Below are positions 12,800-26,049 of a DNA stretch of 64,000 nucleotides, in pieces. A program made the position numbers and the translations under genes. Below the pieces are notes generated by a model, which did no database searches, was not told where the DNA came from, and worked only from the letters and a program-made list of their open reading frames with translations. The first letter of the stretch is position 1. Each line of letters begins with the position of its first letter. This stretch comes from Carcharhinus longimanus (Eukaryota), in the NCBI GenBank assembly GCA_030264375.1, contig JASCQW010000162.1:53438982-53502981 (forward strand), in the 5' to 3' direction.

Positions 12800-13080
12800 A
12801 GTTTATTTATTAGTCATAAGTAGGTTGCATTAACACAGCAAAAAAGTTACTGTGAAAATTTCCTCATCGCCACATTCCAGTGTCTGTTCAGGTATACTGA
12901 GGGAGAATTTAGTATGGCCAATGTACCTAACCAGCATGTCTTTGGATTGTGGAAGGAAACCCACACAGACACAGGGAGAATGTGCAAATCCCACACAGAG
13001 AATGACCCAAGCTGGGAATTGAACCTGGGTTCCATAGTGCTGTGAGGCAGCAGTGCTAACCACTACACCACTGTATCACC
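12800..13080 (-). mobile_element. HE1/V-SINE-type SINE
   Basis: Reverse-complement head gtgaggcagcagtgctaaccact; core tgtggaaggaaaccc. Confidence 0.85.
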
Positions 13081-13759
13081 TCCGGTTAGTAGAGTGAAGA
13101 GATTATTTCAATGCAAACTTCATACTGGACCTGAGTGTTAATGTTTATTGCTGGGTTGGTTTACATCTCATAATACATATTAGGAATTGACTAAATTTCA
13201 TGTAGAATCAACAGAATGGCTTTGAAGTTCAAAGCACAATATAACTAAGTGTTCCTGTCTGACTGTGGTATTAAAATGTTAAAAATATGAGTATGTATTC
13301 ATAATTGCTGCAATTTAGAGAAATCATGAAAGATATTTTGTCTTGTTAAGCAAATTTTATTAAAATGATGTCTGAGCCAGTTTAGATCGTCATATAAATA
13401 AACTCTGATTAAACTAAACATCTAAGTGTGATTCTTGATTTAGTTGACTGGCTCAATGTCAAACACATTCATCCACCTAGAACACACAAAGGATCAGACA
13501 CAGCAAGTAATAGTGTTGTGAAGTGAGTGTGTTATGAACCCAATGTGTCCTCTGAGATTGGGGCTGTGTAGCTGGCACAGTGCTGGATCACTCGTATGAG
13601 ATTGTGACACAACCAGAAAGGGAAATGTAACATTTCATTCCTCTAGCTGCATCTTAGTTGCTGCATTTGAGGTGTGCCAGGTAATAGTAACTCAGAACAT
13701 AATGTTTTGGGATGTGTAGGTGGAAGAGTAAAAGGCGTATAAGAAGGAGGCTGTTCTGT

Positions 13760-14650
13760 TGCAATGTTCCTGGACTAGAAATCCATACACCCAGGCTGAT
13801 GCTCTGGAGAGATGGGTTCAAATCCCATCATGGAAGCTGATGACATTTAAATTCAGTAAATAAATCTGGAAGTAAATGCTAGTCTCAATCAAGGTGATCA
13901 TGGAATCATTGTTCATTTTCATAAAAACCCATTTCATTCACTAACGTCCTTTTGGGAAGGAAATCTGCCATCCTTACAATGTCTGGCCTATACGTGACTC
14001 CAGAGCCACAGTAATGTGATTGACTCCGAAGTGGTCCAGCAAGTCATATACAAGACTGCTATGAAGCCTAAAAGGAATTAAACAACCACCCAATGTCAAC
14101 TCAAGTGGCAGAAATACCTCTGGCAAACCCCGCATTGTCCACCTTTCAAGTCCTCCTCACTAACATCTGAAGACTTGAGCCAAAATTTGGAAAACTGTCT
14201 CACCATTTCATCAAGTTACAGCCTGACATAAACTCACCAAATCATACTTTCCAGTCAATGTCCCAGATACCACCATCAACATTCCAGGGTATGTCTTGTC
14301 CCACCCTCAAGATAGACCCTCCAGGGGTGGCAGCATGGTGGCATGTAGTCAGGAGAGAATTGTCCTGGGACGTAACAACATTACCGTCAATCATGGAGCA
14401 GGAAACCTCCTGCTGATTACCACCTATTACAGCCTGCAGTCCCCACGTAGCTGATGAATCAGTACTTCTCCATGTTGAACAGCAATTGAAAGAAGCACTG
14501 AGGGTGCCAAGAGCACAGAATGTATTCTGGGTGAGGGACTTCAATGTCCATCACCAAGAATGGCCCAGTAGCATCACACTACTGATTGAACTGGCTGAAT
14601 TCTGAAGGATAAACTGCAGCAGGTGATGAGAGAACAAACAAGAGAAAAAA
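13760..14650 (+). mobile_element. LINE 5' part: tRNA-like head + Deu-like domain + AP-endonuclease ORF remnant
   Basis: gggttcaaatccc B-box; cactaacgtccttttgggaaggaaatctgccatccttac...tggcctatacgtgactccaga (Deu domain); then NVPDTTINIPGYVLSHPQDRPSRGG and VFWVRDFNVHHQEW (APE-type GDFN motif). Confidence 0.75.
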
Positions 14651-15149
14651 AAACCTGTCTGTATACCATGGTAGTGGTTTTAGCTTGTGTGTGTAATAAA
14701 CTTTCCAGTCAGCCTGCCTGAGTAACCACAGTGGCTCTATAGTCTATTACTTGTGTCCAAGGTCCCATTTGATTTGAGTCACAGACAATCAAAGTCAAAA
14801 CAAAAGGAAGCCATTGCATCCATGGAGTCCATGATCATTCTTTATAGATCAATTCAATTAATCCCATTCCCCGGCTCTATCCCTGTAGGCCTTCTACACT
14901 CAAATGCCTAACCAATTTTGTTTTGCAATTAACGATGATCTCTGCTTCCACCACCACTGTAGACAGGATCTTCCGGGGACAGTCAATAATCAGGCAGGTT
15001 GATCTCCCAGGATGAGGCTATCCCATTGCATTCCAGGTGTGCTGATGTCTGTGATGTCCCCAAATGCAGGATACTCAACTGCAGAATTTGTGGTAATTGG
15101 GGACTGCATGAATAGTCTTTCTTTCTGGTTGTTTCATGGTTTGATATGT

Positions 15150-15570
15150 CTCCTGCTCTATCCAAGACCGCAAAGGCCATGAACGAAGCTCAGCCCATCA
15201 CTCAATTGAGCCTCCTGCCTGTTGACACTGTCTTCATTTCCCACTGCCTCGGAAAAGCAGCCAGCAGAATTAAGGACCCCACGCACCCTGGACATAATCT
15301 TCTGACTTCTTCCATTGGGAACAAGATATGTACCCGACCGACTCGAGAACAGTTTCTTCTCTGCTGCCATCAGACTTTTGAATTGACTTACCTCACATTA
15401 AGTTGATCTTCTGTACACCCAAGCTATGGCTGTAACATTGTATTCTTCACTCTCTCCTTACCTTCTCTATGAATGGTATGCTTTGTCTGTATCGTGCGCA
15501 AAAAACAATACTTTTCACTGTATACCAATATATGTGACAATATTAAATCAAATCAATCAAATTAAATCAA
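15150..15570 (+). mobile_element. Rex1/Babar-type LINE 3' end
   Basis: AQPITQLSLLPVDTVFISHCLGKAASRIKDPTHPGH and NSFFSAAIRLLN, followed by an (aatca)n tail. Confidence 0.75.
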
Positions 15571-15639
15571 GTCATTACCACTTGTTGTGTATAAAGCTCT
15601 TCTTTACCTCCCCCCATATCACTTGAACAAAACATTTAA

Positions 15640-16100
15640 TTTGCACCTTCTAGTGCTTGTAGCGTCAGCTAATGTGAACAGTTTCTCACTGTTTTCTTCA
15701 TCAAATCTCACCTCAAGCTTCTTTGCTCTAACGAGAACAACATCAGTTTCTCCAACCTAACCTTTTGCCAAATACCATCGTTGCTGGAACTGCTCCGGTA
15801 CACCACTTCTGTACTTTCTAAAGGACATTCACATCCTTTCTAAATTGTGGTGACCAGAATTGGACACAATGCTCCAATTTTTGTCCTGAATAGAGTTTTA
15901 TAAATGTTCAGCTATACTTCCCTGCACCTGCACTCAATACCTCTAATTATGAAGTCCAAGATCCCAAACATTTTGCTAACCATTCTCTCAATATATCCTG
16001 CTACCTCCAAAGAACCTTGCACTTGATCCCAGGTCCCTGAATCCTTGCACCCCCTTTAAAACTGTACCACTTTGTCTATATTGCATCTGTCATTTCTCCC
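15640..16100 (-). mobile_element. CR1 LINE 3' RT fragment
   Basis: gtggtgaccagaattggacacaatgctcc encodes EHCVQFWSPQ on the - strand; similar to 4140-4400. Confidence 0.75.
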
Positions 16101-16149
16101 TTTCTGTTCACCTATCTATGTCACGTTACAGTCTATTATATTTATGGTC

Positions 16150-16390
16150 ATATTAGGGCAGATGACCAAAAGTTTGATCAAAGAGGTAGATTTGAAGGTG
16201 TGTCTTCAAAGAAGAAAGAGTTAAAGAGGTTTACAGAGAAAATTCCAGAACTTAGAGCCAGCAGTTGAAGGGCAGAGCCGTCAGTAGTAGAGTGGTTAAA
16301 ATCAGGGGTGTGCAGAAGGCTAGAATTGAACAGCACCAATACTTTAGAAACTTGTAGGGCTGGAGGAAATTATAGCAATAGAGAGAGGTG
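16150..16390 (-). mobile_element. L2 LINE 3' fragment
   Basis: gggcagatgaccaaaagtttgatcaaagaggtag...ttccagaacttag; same family as 51330-51930. Confidence 0.65.
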
Positions 16391-17274
16391 TGAATTCAAA
16401 TACACATCCACTGTAATCTTAAAGCAATCCTTATAGCACTAACATGGCAGATATTCTTGGATATTTTATGCTCTTTTGATCTTTCGCTACGGCATCCAAA
16501 TTTGATTTGATGAAGTTGAACAACGTCTCTCTGATTTAATGCAAGTTATTGCCTTTTCAGCATGCTGTGAGCTGAACATTGCCATTATCTACGAACAGTT
16601 GGGTGCCTCTGTCTCTCACATTGCTCCAATGGACAATGATCCTGAGGAACTAAAATTAACAAGTGCCTCTGAATTCAGAATCTGACTGGGTTGAACCTCA
16701 AATCAAATGAACAAAGACAGACAAAAATTTTACTAATTTGGTTCCACAAGATGCTGTCCATATCATTTGTTAAATGCAGCAGAAGAATGCAATTTGTAAA
16801 GCAGTCCAAGTAAGGCAGAGCTACTGAAGTTTCATTTTTAAGCTGCCAAGGGGAATTTTGAATGAGCATAAAATGTGGAAATTGCGTTTTCCGTTCACCT
16901 CCTTGCAGAAACATAGAATATAGATATAGTGAATAAAATCACCTTACTGACCCATATTACAGAGTGAAATAGCGTTGGCATATTCTCCTGCATAAATACC
17001 AAAGGAAGAGATAACACTCCATTAAAAATGAAACCAATTCAATAAAAATTGAAACAGTCAGTAGTCTGCAAAACTGAAGTAACTTCATCCGGCAACCTCA
17101 ATGTGGAAATCTAGAAGCTGGTGTCAGTAATTGCCCTCTCCTCCACATGGAGCCCTGTGGAAGACCTCCTGGATAGATATTTCAGACATCCACCTCTTTG
17201 AATTGATATGAATTTCCACTTTTTACACTATTGTTCTTGTTGTAAAAACATTGGAAAAAGTTATACCTTATTGT

Positions 17275-17440
17275 AGAGTCATAGAATTCCTACAATGCAG
17301 AAGGAGGCCATTCAATTGAGACTGCACTGAGTCTCCAACAGAATATCTTACTCAAGCCCTATCCCCATAACCCCAGGTATTCACCCCGCTAATCCCCCTA
17401 ACCTATACATCTTGGACACTTTAGAGCCAATTTAGCATGG
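17275..17440 (-). mobile_element. SINE 3' part
   Basis: atagaattcctacaatgcagaaggaggccattc...aatttagcatggc. Confidence 0.7.
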
Positions 17441-18566
17441 CAAATAAAACTGGATCTTTAATGTTTTTTCTTGGTCATAATTATTGATGAAGAATCTCCC
17501 TGGTCACGCCACATCAAGATGGGAAATTCTCATCAAAGGTGAACAAACCTTTAGCGGTTTGTCAAATTATCTGTCCCGTCCGTTACAATTCCTGCAGCTG
17601 GCAGGACAGGAAAATTTACCCTTTAATTTTAAGTATTTTCCAGTATAATGAAAATAAACCAGACATTTTAAAAATACAATCATAGAATGATTATACTCAA
17701 ACAGAAGCCATTCAGCCCAGCAAGTTTATATTTCAGCTTCTACCCTAATCCCATACATATGTTCAATTTTTATTTCCCTCTCTATAAAACTATTAAAATA
17801 TGAATCACAATGTCACAGTACTCTTATGGTGCAGAATAGGGCCATTTGGCCCATCAGATGAATTAAGCACACAAGTAGATGTAAACAGATATGATTTAGT
17901 TGGGATTATGAATAAATGGCTGTAGGGTGACCAGGGATAGGAACTGAAGAAAGAGTATGCAGTATTTAGGAAGGACAGAGAAAAAGGAAAAGATGGTGAA
18001 CTTCTCCAATCTATCGTCATAACTGAGGTTTCTCATCCCTGGAACCGTTCTTGCAATCCTTTTCTGCACTCTCTCCAAAACAAAAGATAATCTATACATT
18101 TTACTTCCTGGTTTTCATGCTGTGAGAATTCTTCAAGGTGATTGGCAGTTTAGTCTGCTTCATGGCATCACTGTTACTGGATGTCAAGATCCCTTATAGT
18201 TGCGGCAGAATGTAATTAACATTGGCCAAGGTGAAATCCATCCGCAGAGCTGGCTATATCTTCTGCAGACCGTTTTCTTTGAGGTCAATGTTAGGCATGA
18301 TTGCTTTGTCGCTGGCCACAGATTTTAGGTCAATAGATGCTGCCCAAGTGGAGGAGTATCATGAGCAAAAACAGTAACTTCATCAGTAAACCATACATGT
18401 GGCCATCAGAGAGAAATTCAACATATATCAGGAGATTTTCATTAACAATTGACCATTCTTCCATGGTAGCATTTACCAGTTGAAGTATAATTCCTGACAT
18501 TAAACTTTTAATGCTGACCCACAGTGTAACAACATGCATATAACAAATAGCATATCATTATCATTT

Positions 18567-18905
18567 GGGTGGCACGGTGGCACAGAGGTTCGCACTGCCT
18601 TACAACGCCAGGGACCTCGGTTCAATTCCGGTCTCGGGTGACTGTCTGTGTGGAGTTTGCACATTCTNNNNNNNNNNNNCTCCGTGGGTTTCCTCCGGGT
18701 GCTCCAGTTTTCCTCCACAGTCCAAAGACGTACAGGTTAGATTGTCTGGCCATGCTTTATTGCCCTTGGTTTCAGGGGGATTAATGGGGTAAATACATGG
18801 GAGAGTTGCAATGATAGGGCCTTGGCGTGATTGTTGTCGGTGTAGGCTCGGTGGGCTGAATGGCCTCCTTCTATAGGGATTCCATGACCTTATAATTCCA
18901 TGATT
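18567..18905 (+). mobile_element. HE1/V-SINE-type SINE, near full length
   Basis: ggcacggtggcacagagg...ggttcaattccgg head, core, and CR1-like tail gggctgaatggcctcctt. Confidence 0.88.
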
Positions 18906-18942
18906 TCTGATGTTATTGCGTTGAGTAAGCGGGGAAGTTCTT

Positions 18943-19050
18943 GGGCGGGATTTTCCGGTCATACACATCCCAAGACCAGAAATTTCCACCCGAGCTCAAC
19001 AAAATTTCTGCCCCACTCACTACGATTCCCATGGTGGACAAATTCTGTCC
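18943..19050. mobile_element. MITE
   Basis: gggcgggattttcc ... ggacaaattctgtcc. Confidence 0.6.
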
Positions 19051-21342
19051 TTTGGTTTTCATGTGCTAAAAATCAAAATTACAAGCTTCACAAAAACGTT
19101 CATTAATTCTATTATATGCCTTCATTAAAGCAACCCCTACTCATTCACAAAGGATAGAACATGCAACTAGAAATATTGGACCCCTATATAAAGAGCATTG
19201 GTCCTCCATGAAAACTGTTAAATATCTGTAGAAATGTTCCAGTGAGTGGTCCTCTTGTCTTTCATCCTATTGCTTTTGATTATCCCACACGCTGATCTCC
19301 TGATCCTGCTACAATGTTACGAGGAGACACAGGGCTGAGGCTATTTGTTCTTCCACAGGAAGAATCAGGCAGCACTTGACCCTTCTGCAGCTCTGAGCAC
19401 ATGGCAAAAGAACAAAGATCCAAGAGATGCTCATGTGGCCCTGTTTCTCATTCAGGCAACTCAGTTCATTGGGAGGATCGATCAGAGCATTGTGCAATAT
19501 TCAGTTAGTCACTTCAATCTTTTTGCTTTCATGTTGATCGTTGATTTAAAAACAATCTTCCTCACTGCTTGGTTCACCTTTTTCTGTTTCAGGGTCAGCC
19601 TAACTTTATAAATGTAATTAGTTTCTCAAACTTTTTTTTAACTGTTTGTACTCCATGCATTATTTTACTTACATTCCTGCTTAGAGGGCCCTCCAGCTTT
19701 TAGCCCTTCAAAGAATGCCCCAAGGCCATTCCAGACAACGAGACGCAGTAGTCAGCAGGTATGTAGATGTTGGGGAAGCACCAAGACATCATGATAGGGT
19801 TAGGGGATCTAAGAAATATTAGGAGCACTACAATGGCATATATTTTAACCTCATGCTTATAATGTTCATCAATGTCCACAAATCACAATACATTTACTCT
19901 CGTGTTTGCCTCCACTTTCTCATGAGCTGAATCAATGTCAAGCAAGTGTGCCATTATAGCCCCCCTAACTTATTGCTGATAACATGATCATGCATCTCTT
20001 CTCCACATAGCCTGCTCCCATTGCACAACAGTGTGTGCCCATTCACACATCATTCCCGACATCAGTGACGTATTGTCCTTACTGTAAGATTCCTTGTGAG
20101 AGAACCTGTTTGACATACTTTTCTGGGTAATTCACTGCCAAATCTTGCTTGTGTAACAGTGAGGCTGAAGTGTTTTCCCAACTACCTGCTTTCAGAAAAG
20201 GTTAAGGTCTAGTGTAGAAGGAGAGATGTTGACATGTATCCTGGAACTCCATGTATTCTTTGCACTACAGCAGAGTATGCAAACAATGAGTCCCTTCTCA
20301 GAGACCATGTAGGCTCCTGTGTGCCAATCGCATTTCAGACTTTCCAAATGTGCGTGCAGTAAGCTCGCCAATAATTGTAAGCACCATGCCACTTCAATGT
20401 GCCATGGCTATGCCTCTCTTAGCCACCTTATAGTCATGCTGCTAATGTTTACATCCGAGAATATATTACCTTTCAGTTGTCTGTCTGGTGACGTTTAGGC
20501 TCCATTCACAGTGTAGCAATGCAATGTCGTGTGCAGTCTCAGCTAAACATTTGCCAAGTTTAGCAATGGTGATTGAAAATGGTGATATATTGTGCTGCCT
20601 TTTAGCAAGTTATGGGAGCACATCTATTGGCTTTAAACTATGCAGGAGGAAGCAGTTGAATAGGAGCAATAGTTTATGAAGCTGACGCATGCTCCATGTT
20701 CTCAGGCCCAGGCAACCATGATGCCTTAGCCTTCTGCAGATAGCCAGGGGTGGCCTGATGATAGTTTGTAATTGTTCAAGAGGGGATAGAGTAATGTGTG
20801 GCAGTTAGCTTTTAGAATCTCCTCATTCTCATATGATCCACATTCATAACAGATGTTGAGGAGGAATGCAGGCTGCCACCCATCAGTATGAGGGCCAGAT
20901 TTCATATCACTTGTGAAGGAGAAGAGGAGAATTCAGTCTTGTCTAATGTCTGAAACATGCATTCCATCCTGGGCATGTTTTGCCTCTCAGTGTGAAGGTG
21001 TTGCAGAGTTGATGTTGGTTCTCCTGATGGATGATTTGTTATACTGAAGGCTGGCAGATAAGAGCGCAGCAAGGATGGTAGAGCAGCTGTTGCTTCCTGC
21101 AGACATCTGGTATGACTGAGATATGTGAGAGATGCTGCAAGAGGCTGCACATTCAGATGTCTGATTCCAGAACAATCTACTTGAGTTAACACCCCATCTC
21201 AGGAAGGACATCTTCTGTCGCAGTCTTACCATTCTTCAAAGGGTCAGGATGATGTGAGCTCAATATCTCAGTATTCAGACTCAGAATGAGATGGATAGTT
21301 GCAATGGAAGGTTAGCCACGCTGCTGTTGATATGGGACCATG

Positions 21343-21514
21343 GGGTGGCACGATGACACAGTGGTTACCAGCGCTGCCTCACAGTGCCAAGGACCCAGGT
21401 TCAATTCTGACCTTTGGTGACTGTGTGGAGTTTGCACATTCTCCCCATGTCTGCATGGGTTTATTCTGATCCCTGGCACTGTGAGGCAGCAGTGCTAATC
21501 ACTGTGCCACCATG
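21343..21514. mobile_element. SINE 5' half fused to an inverted copy of its own head
   Basis: acacagtggttaccagcgctgcctcacagtgccaagga ... tccctggcactgtgaggcagcagtgctaatcactgtg. Confidence 0.8.
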
Positions 21515-21519
21515 ATCTG

Positions 21520-22400
21520 TGGCATCTTCTGGGGATTGTACTGCAGCTACCCACCAGATTTATTGAGACATTAGAGTTTCAGTTTTAAGATGCCTGTGTG
21601 TTCCACCAATATTTGGGTAGCGGCATGAGCATCATTGTACTTACTCTCCAAAGTGGTTTGTGCTTTCGGACAGGTGTTATCAGCCATGCCTTTTACAGGT
21701 ACCCTTTGTGCCTTGGGATCCAACCCTGGATTCTAGATTGTCAGAGATGTCCATCATCTGTGATCTGCTTAAGATAAAGGAATCATGGACAATTCCAGGA
21801 AACCTTTGCAAACCTACAGGATTTGCTTGGTGTGGCGTGCACCCACTGCACAGTTAGCAACTGGAAACCCCTCCTGTTGCCAGAGAGAGCCACAGAAGTT
21901 CAGTTGATGGCACCCTGCCCCTTTGGGAACCTGTAAATAGCTGTGAATCCCCAATGCCATGGTGTTCTGGCTTGATCTCTCATAAAATTGATGTAATTGA
22001 GGGCCTTGGAGAAAAAAGTGTCTGTTACCTCCTGGATGCATTTTTTGTTGAAACCTAAGCGATCCCACCAAAGTCCCCAGTTCAGCCCTGAAAAGAGGCA
22101 CTGACATGAATGTTCAGGATGGTCGTGACTCTAAGAGTCACTGACAATGAATGTCCTCCCATGGCATCATTTTTGGTGAAGGTGGAATGTATGAGACACT
22201 AGATCCCTGGTTACGCAAAAAGATCAGAGACGCTGTTTCTTGTTCATCCTCAGGAAAGACATGTCTAATGGACTAGCTCCCTGGGAGCCACAACATCAGG
22301 GTCCAGTGCCCCTTCCCTATGAAGGTGAATCCTTTGTCTTTGGCCTACCTGGCACTCCCATTGTTGCCTTACCCTCCTTTTCTCCTCTGTGCACATAATA
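21520..22400 (-). mobile_element. Decayed HARBI1-like transposase, nearly complete
   Basis: Manual translation with frameshifts: GGHSLSVTLRVTTILNIHVSASFQG*TGD, CIQEVTDT, FPKGQGAIN, NRRGF, FPGIVHDSFIL, GW..HKGYL*KAWLITPV, KYNDAHAATQILVEHT, CLNKSGG*LQY. Confidence 0.88.
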
Positions 22401-23099
22401 TTGGTGATAGCAATCAATGCAGCGACCATTTTCCCGATGGTCATCTCACTGCAGTACGGATGTGAAGAAGGCGTGTGTCACTGTGAGGATGCAAAGGTGC
22501 TACTTTTTCCCAGAAGGATGACTGAGTCACTGGTGGTTAAGTGAGATTGGTAATAGTGAAGGTAAATAATCGTCCTCTGAAACCAGGACGTGTGCAGAGT
22601 ATATTTCTACATTACCCTTCCCCATACTTGTTAGATGATGACACTAGATTTATTGGTATTAGATGTTTAGTCAAGAAATGTGATCAGTTGTGGGGAAAAC
22701 TGGGAAAAGCTTGATGTTTATCATGACTGACCATGTTGGTGGAATGATTGTAACCGGCATGTGAAGCAGCTCATGTTGCACCAATGCTCCTGACTACCAC
22801 CTCGCTCTGGGGAATGTCAAGGCTGTGACAAACATAATCCATTTATGTCACTGGTTGACATTAATCTCACATGAGTGCTCATTATTGCTGGCCAACCTGA
22901 TGTAGTGCATTGTGAACGACGGGCTGAGAACTGGCTCAGCTGTGTAGCTCTCTTCATTTGTGAGTACTCTTATCCGCTGTCTGGCCCTTTACTCGGCCTC
23001 ACAATGTAATACAATAATCATCCAAGAGGCCCTCAGGGAACTCATTCACTGACTTCATCCTCATTCACGTTCCTTCCGTAACCCACAACCCTGCAGATT

Positions 23100-23215
23100 T
23101 ATCATGGTCAATCCATCTAATTTACACATCTTTGGAGTGTGGGAGGAAACCAAAGCACCCAGAGGAAACCCATGTAGACATGGCGAGGATGTACAAACTC
23201 CACACAGTCACACAG
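23100..23215 (-). mobile_element. SINE core fragment
   Basis: ttggagtgtgggaggaaaccaaagcacccagaggaaaccc...aaactccacacag. Confidence 0.75.
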
Positions 23216-24114
23216 GAGCCCCCCCACATTCCATGCCAACCCTCCTGCCCTAACCCCACACCCCGATATCAAAAAGTTGTTGACAGCTGAGCTTGATGAA
23301 GATTCCTCTGTAGCAGGAACGCTGTATGAGGTTGGTGAATGAATCTCAGATACTGGGTGAACTGGAACTCGCCATGTGCACAACGCTTACGTGGCGATGT
23401 GGAAGACGTTAGTGTCCAATCATAGGCTGTTGATTCAGCACGGTGGGAAGGATTTTGTTCGGCATCTCTTTTAAGGAGTAGGCATGATGTCCGCATTTAT
23501 TCTGAAGACATTCACAACCTTGCACGTAAGGGAACTCATACTGCCATTGGAGGTTTGGTGCCTCTGGTTTGACAACATTGTAAAACCGATTTCATTCTCT
23601 CACGATATTTTCTGCTCACACCAGCCAGGATGTCCACCACAAAAAGGAGCAGAACGTTCCTCCCCATTTCACAGGGCCACGTGGCCTACTCCTGCTTCTG
23701 GTTTCCATGTTTCTATGTTTTTCTTCCACCTGTTGTCTTCTTCCACCTTGCACATCAACTTTAAACTTTAAATTAAAACTGGGATTATGACTTGATACTC
23801 CCTCCTTCTGTCTCCACTGGATGTTTTATTTAAGTAGATCAAAGTGAATTATTGTGCATGTGTTGCTTCATAAGTGGGGATGGCACTGTGAAGTCGTGAT
23901 GAACTATAGTTTCAATTCATCAACAAATGTGGCAACTCCACAACTGTTGGCAATTGGCTTGCTGCAGTCTACAAGAGCTCTTCTATGGCTGATTTACATT
24001 TGGAATATTGGCTTAATTTTGTGAAGTTGTCAGTGCTAAAACTCAGCTGGGAGTAACTTTGATGTCATCCTTAAAATGTAGTTATTATTTGGTTGTTTGT
24101 CTCAGTTGAATGTT

Positions 24115-24205
24115 ATGATGTGGAGATGCTGGCGTTGGACTGGGATAAACACAGTAAAAAGTCTCACAACACTAAGTTAAAGTCCAACCAATTTATTTGA
24201 TAGTA
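24115..24205 (+). mobile_element. Penelope-type terminal repeat fragment
   Basis: tgatgtggagatgctggcgttggactgg...ctcacaacactaagttaaagtccaac; also at 41700, 46130, 46330, 52810 and 53640. Confidence 0.55.
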
Positions 24206-24409
24206 AACTATCTGTAAACTGGGTTAGTAAATGGGATAGTANNNNNNNNNNNNNNNNNNNNNNNNNNNNNNNNNNNNNNNNNNNNNNNNNNNNNNNNNNN
24301 NNNNNNNNNNNNNNNNNNNNNNNNNNNNNNNNNNNNNNNNNAGTTCCTGGCCCATTCGCCCAGCCTATCTAGATCCTTCTGCAGACTCTCCACACCCTCC
24401 GCACAATTT

Positions 24410-25390
24410 GCCGTTCCAGCACATTGATAGTGCCAATCAACATAATGGAGGCTAACTTCAGTGTGAAACTGGGACATTGTCTCCACAAGGACTGTACAGT
24501 GGTCACTGCCTATATTGTTATGGACTGATGCATTTGCAATGGGTAGATTGATGAGGACAAGATCTAGTAGGTCCTTCAGGCCTTGATCAGCCCACTCAGT
24601 AATGGAGCTACCGAGCAAAACTCTTAGGCTGGACATTGAAATTCCATAGCCAGAATATATTCTGTGCCATTGTCACACTCTGTTCAGCCTGGAGGAGTGC
24701 AGATTAGCTGAAGGAGGGCAGTAGGTGGCAATCAGCAGGAAGTCTCCTGGCCCATGTTTGACCTGATACCATGTGATTACATGGGACTGCCAAGTCAACT
24801 TCCTTCCGATTATATACTAGTATGCCACCCCCTCTAAGTCGGACCTGCCAGTGAGACAGGAAATACCAACTGATTGTAATGGTGTCTGGAACATTGACTG
24901 TAAAGAGTGATTCAGTGAGGATGATTGTATCATGCGCTTCCGTGAAGACTCTGTGGGACAACGCTCTCAATTTTAACACAATCCCCCCAGATGTTAGTGA
25001 GATAACTTTGCAGGACCATGTGTGCTGTTGGCTTTTCTATTCCTGAAATCAATGCCAGGTAATCTACTTTGACTTTTCTGTGGCAGATTACTACAACTGA
25101 ATGGCTTGCTAGGCCATTTCAGAGGGCACATTGCAGTGAGTCTGGAGTCACACGTAGGCCAGACCAGGTAAGGGCGGCAGATTTCCTTCCCTAAAGGATA
25201 TTAGTGAACCAAATGGGTTTGATGACCAATCAATGATAATTTTCTGGTGTTATTAATGAGACGGGCTTTCATTTCTCATTTTTTTTGTTTAAGTAATTGA
25301 ATTAACTATTTGAATTTAAATATCATCAGCTGCCTTGGAGGCATTTGAACCTGCTTTTCCAGAGGCTCTGGAATTATAGTCTAGTGATAT
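24410..25390 (-). mobile_element. LINE 5' part: tRNA-like head + Deu-like domain + AP-endonuclease ORF remnant (second copy)
   Basis: Same order as 13760-14650. LSHRVFTEAHDTIILTESLFTVNVPDTITISWYFLSHWQVRLRGGG and LLDLVLINLP..NNIGSDHCTVLVET (APE SDH motif). Confidence 0.75.
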
Positions 25391-26049
25391 GTGGAGAATG
25401 AATATCCATATGGGCTGGGTGGGTTGAACAGTCTGTTTACATATCGCAATTTCTATGTAAGTAAAAGCAACTGTAAAGGAAAGACAATCTGTAGGGCAAC
25501 AGACTGTGTAAGATTACACTTTACTGGTGAATTAATCCCAAAATTGGATTACATGTTTTACTCAAAGCCAAGTTAATGGTTGACATGTGAATTCAGACAA
25601 AAGTGTGTGATCGGTTTCTAGATAATTTTTTAAATAATTCTAGAGACCAGAAAGTACTATTTATTGTAATAACATTCACCTGACATTTCTCCTTTGAGAA
25701 ACCTACAGTAGATTTAATCACTGGACTGCAAGACAAGGGGAAGAATTGTACAGGCTCTAATGGTAAAAAATTGAGCTCATTAGTACCTCTTCTTAGTATG
25801 CTGTGAATGCTTCAAAACTCCAAAGTGAAAGCTTCAGCATGCATGCACATTTGTGAGTTAAAATGTATTTAATGCTATTTTGGTCCAGACATTAGTGAGC
25901 ATATAATGAACAGAGGTATAAAGGGCAAGCGGATGGAGATACCAGCCAGCATGTAGCAGTGCTTTAAAAGCAACAGTGCCACTTTTGAGTAAACACCCTC
26001 TTTGACCTCTGCAGCAACAGGAGGGACTCAAACCTGCCACTGTTATAGA

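Noticed and set aside
19700-20450. Possible very old Gypsy gag/protease on the - strand
   Set aside because: Only faint motif resemblance (zinc-knuckle-like and VEANTRVNV); too degraded to support.
22740-23520. Possible additional ancient HARBI1-like fragments
   Set aside because: Similarity limited to a few residues (HGEFQF, SQPVVHNALHQV); cannot be distinguished from chance by eye.
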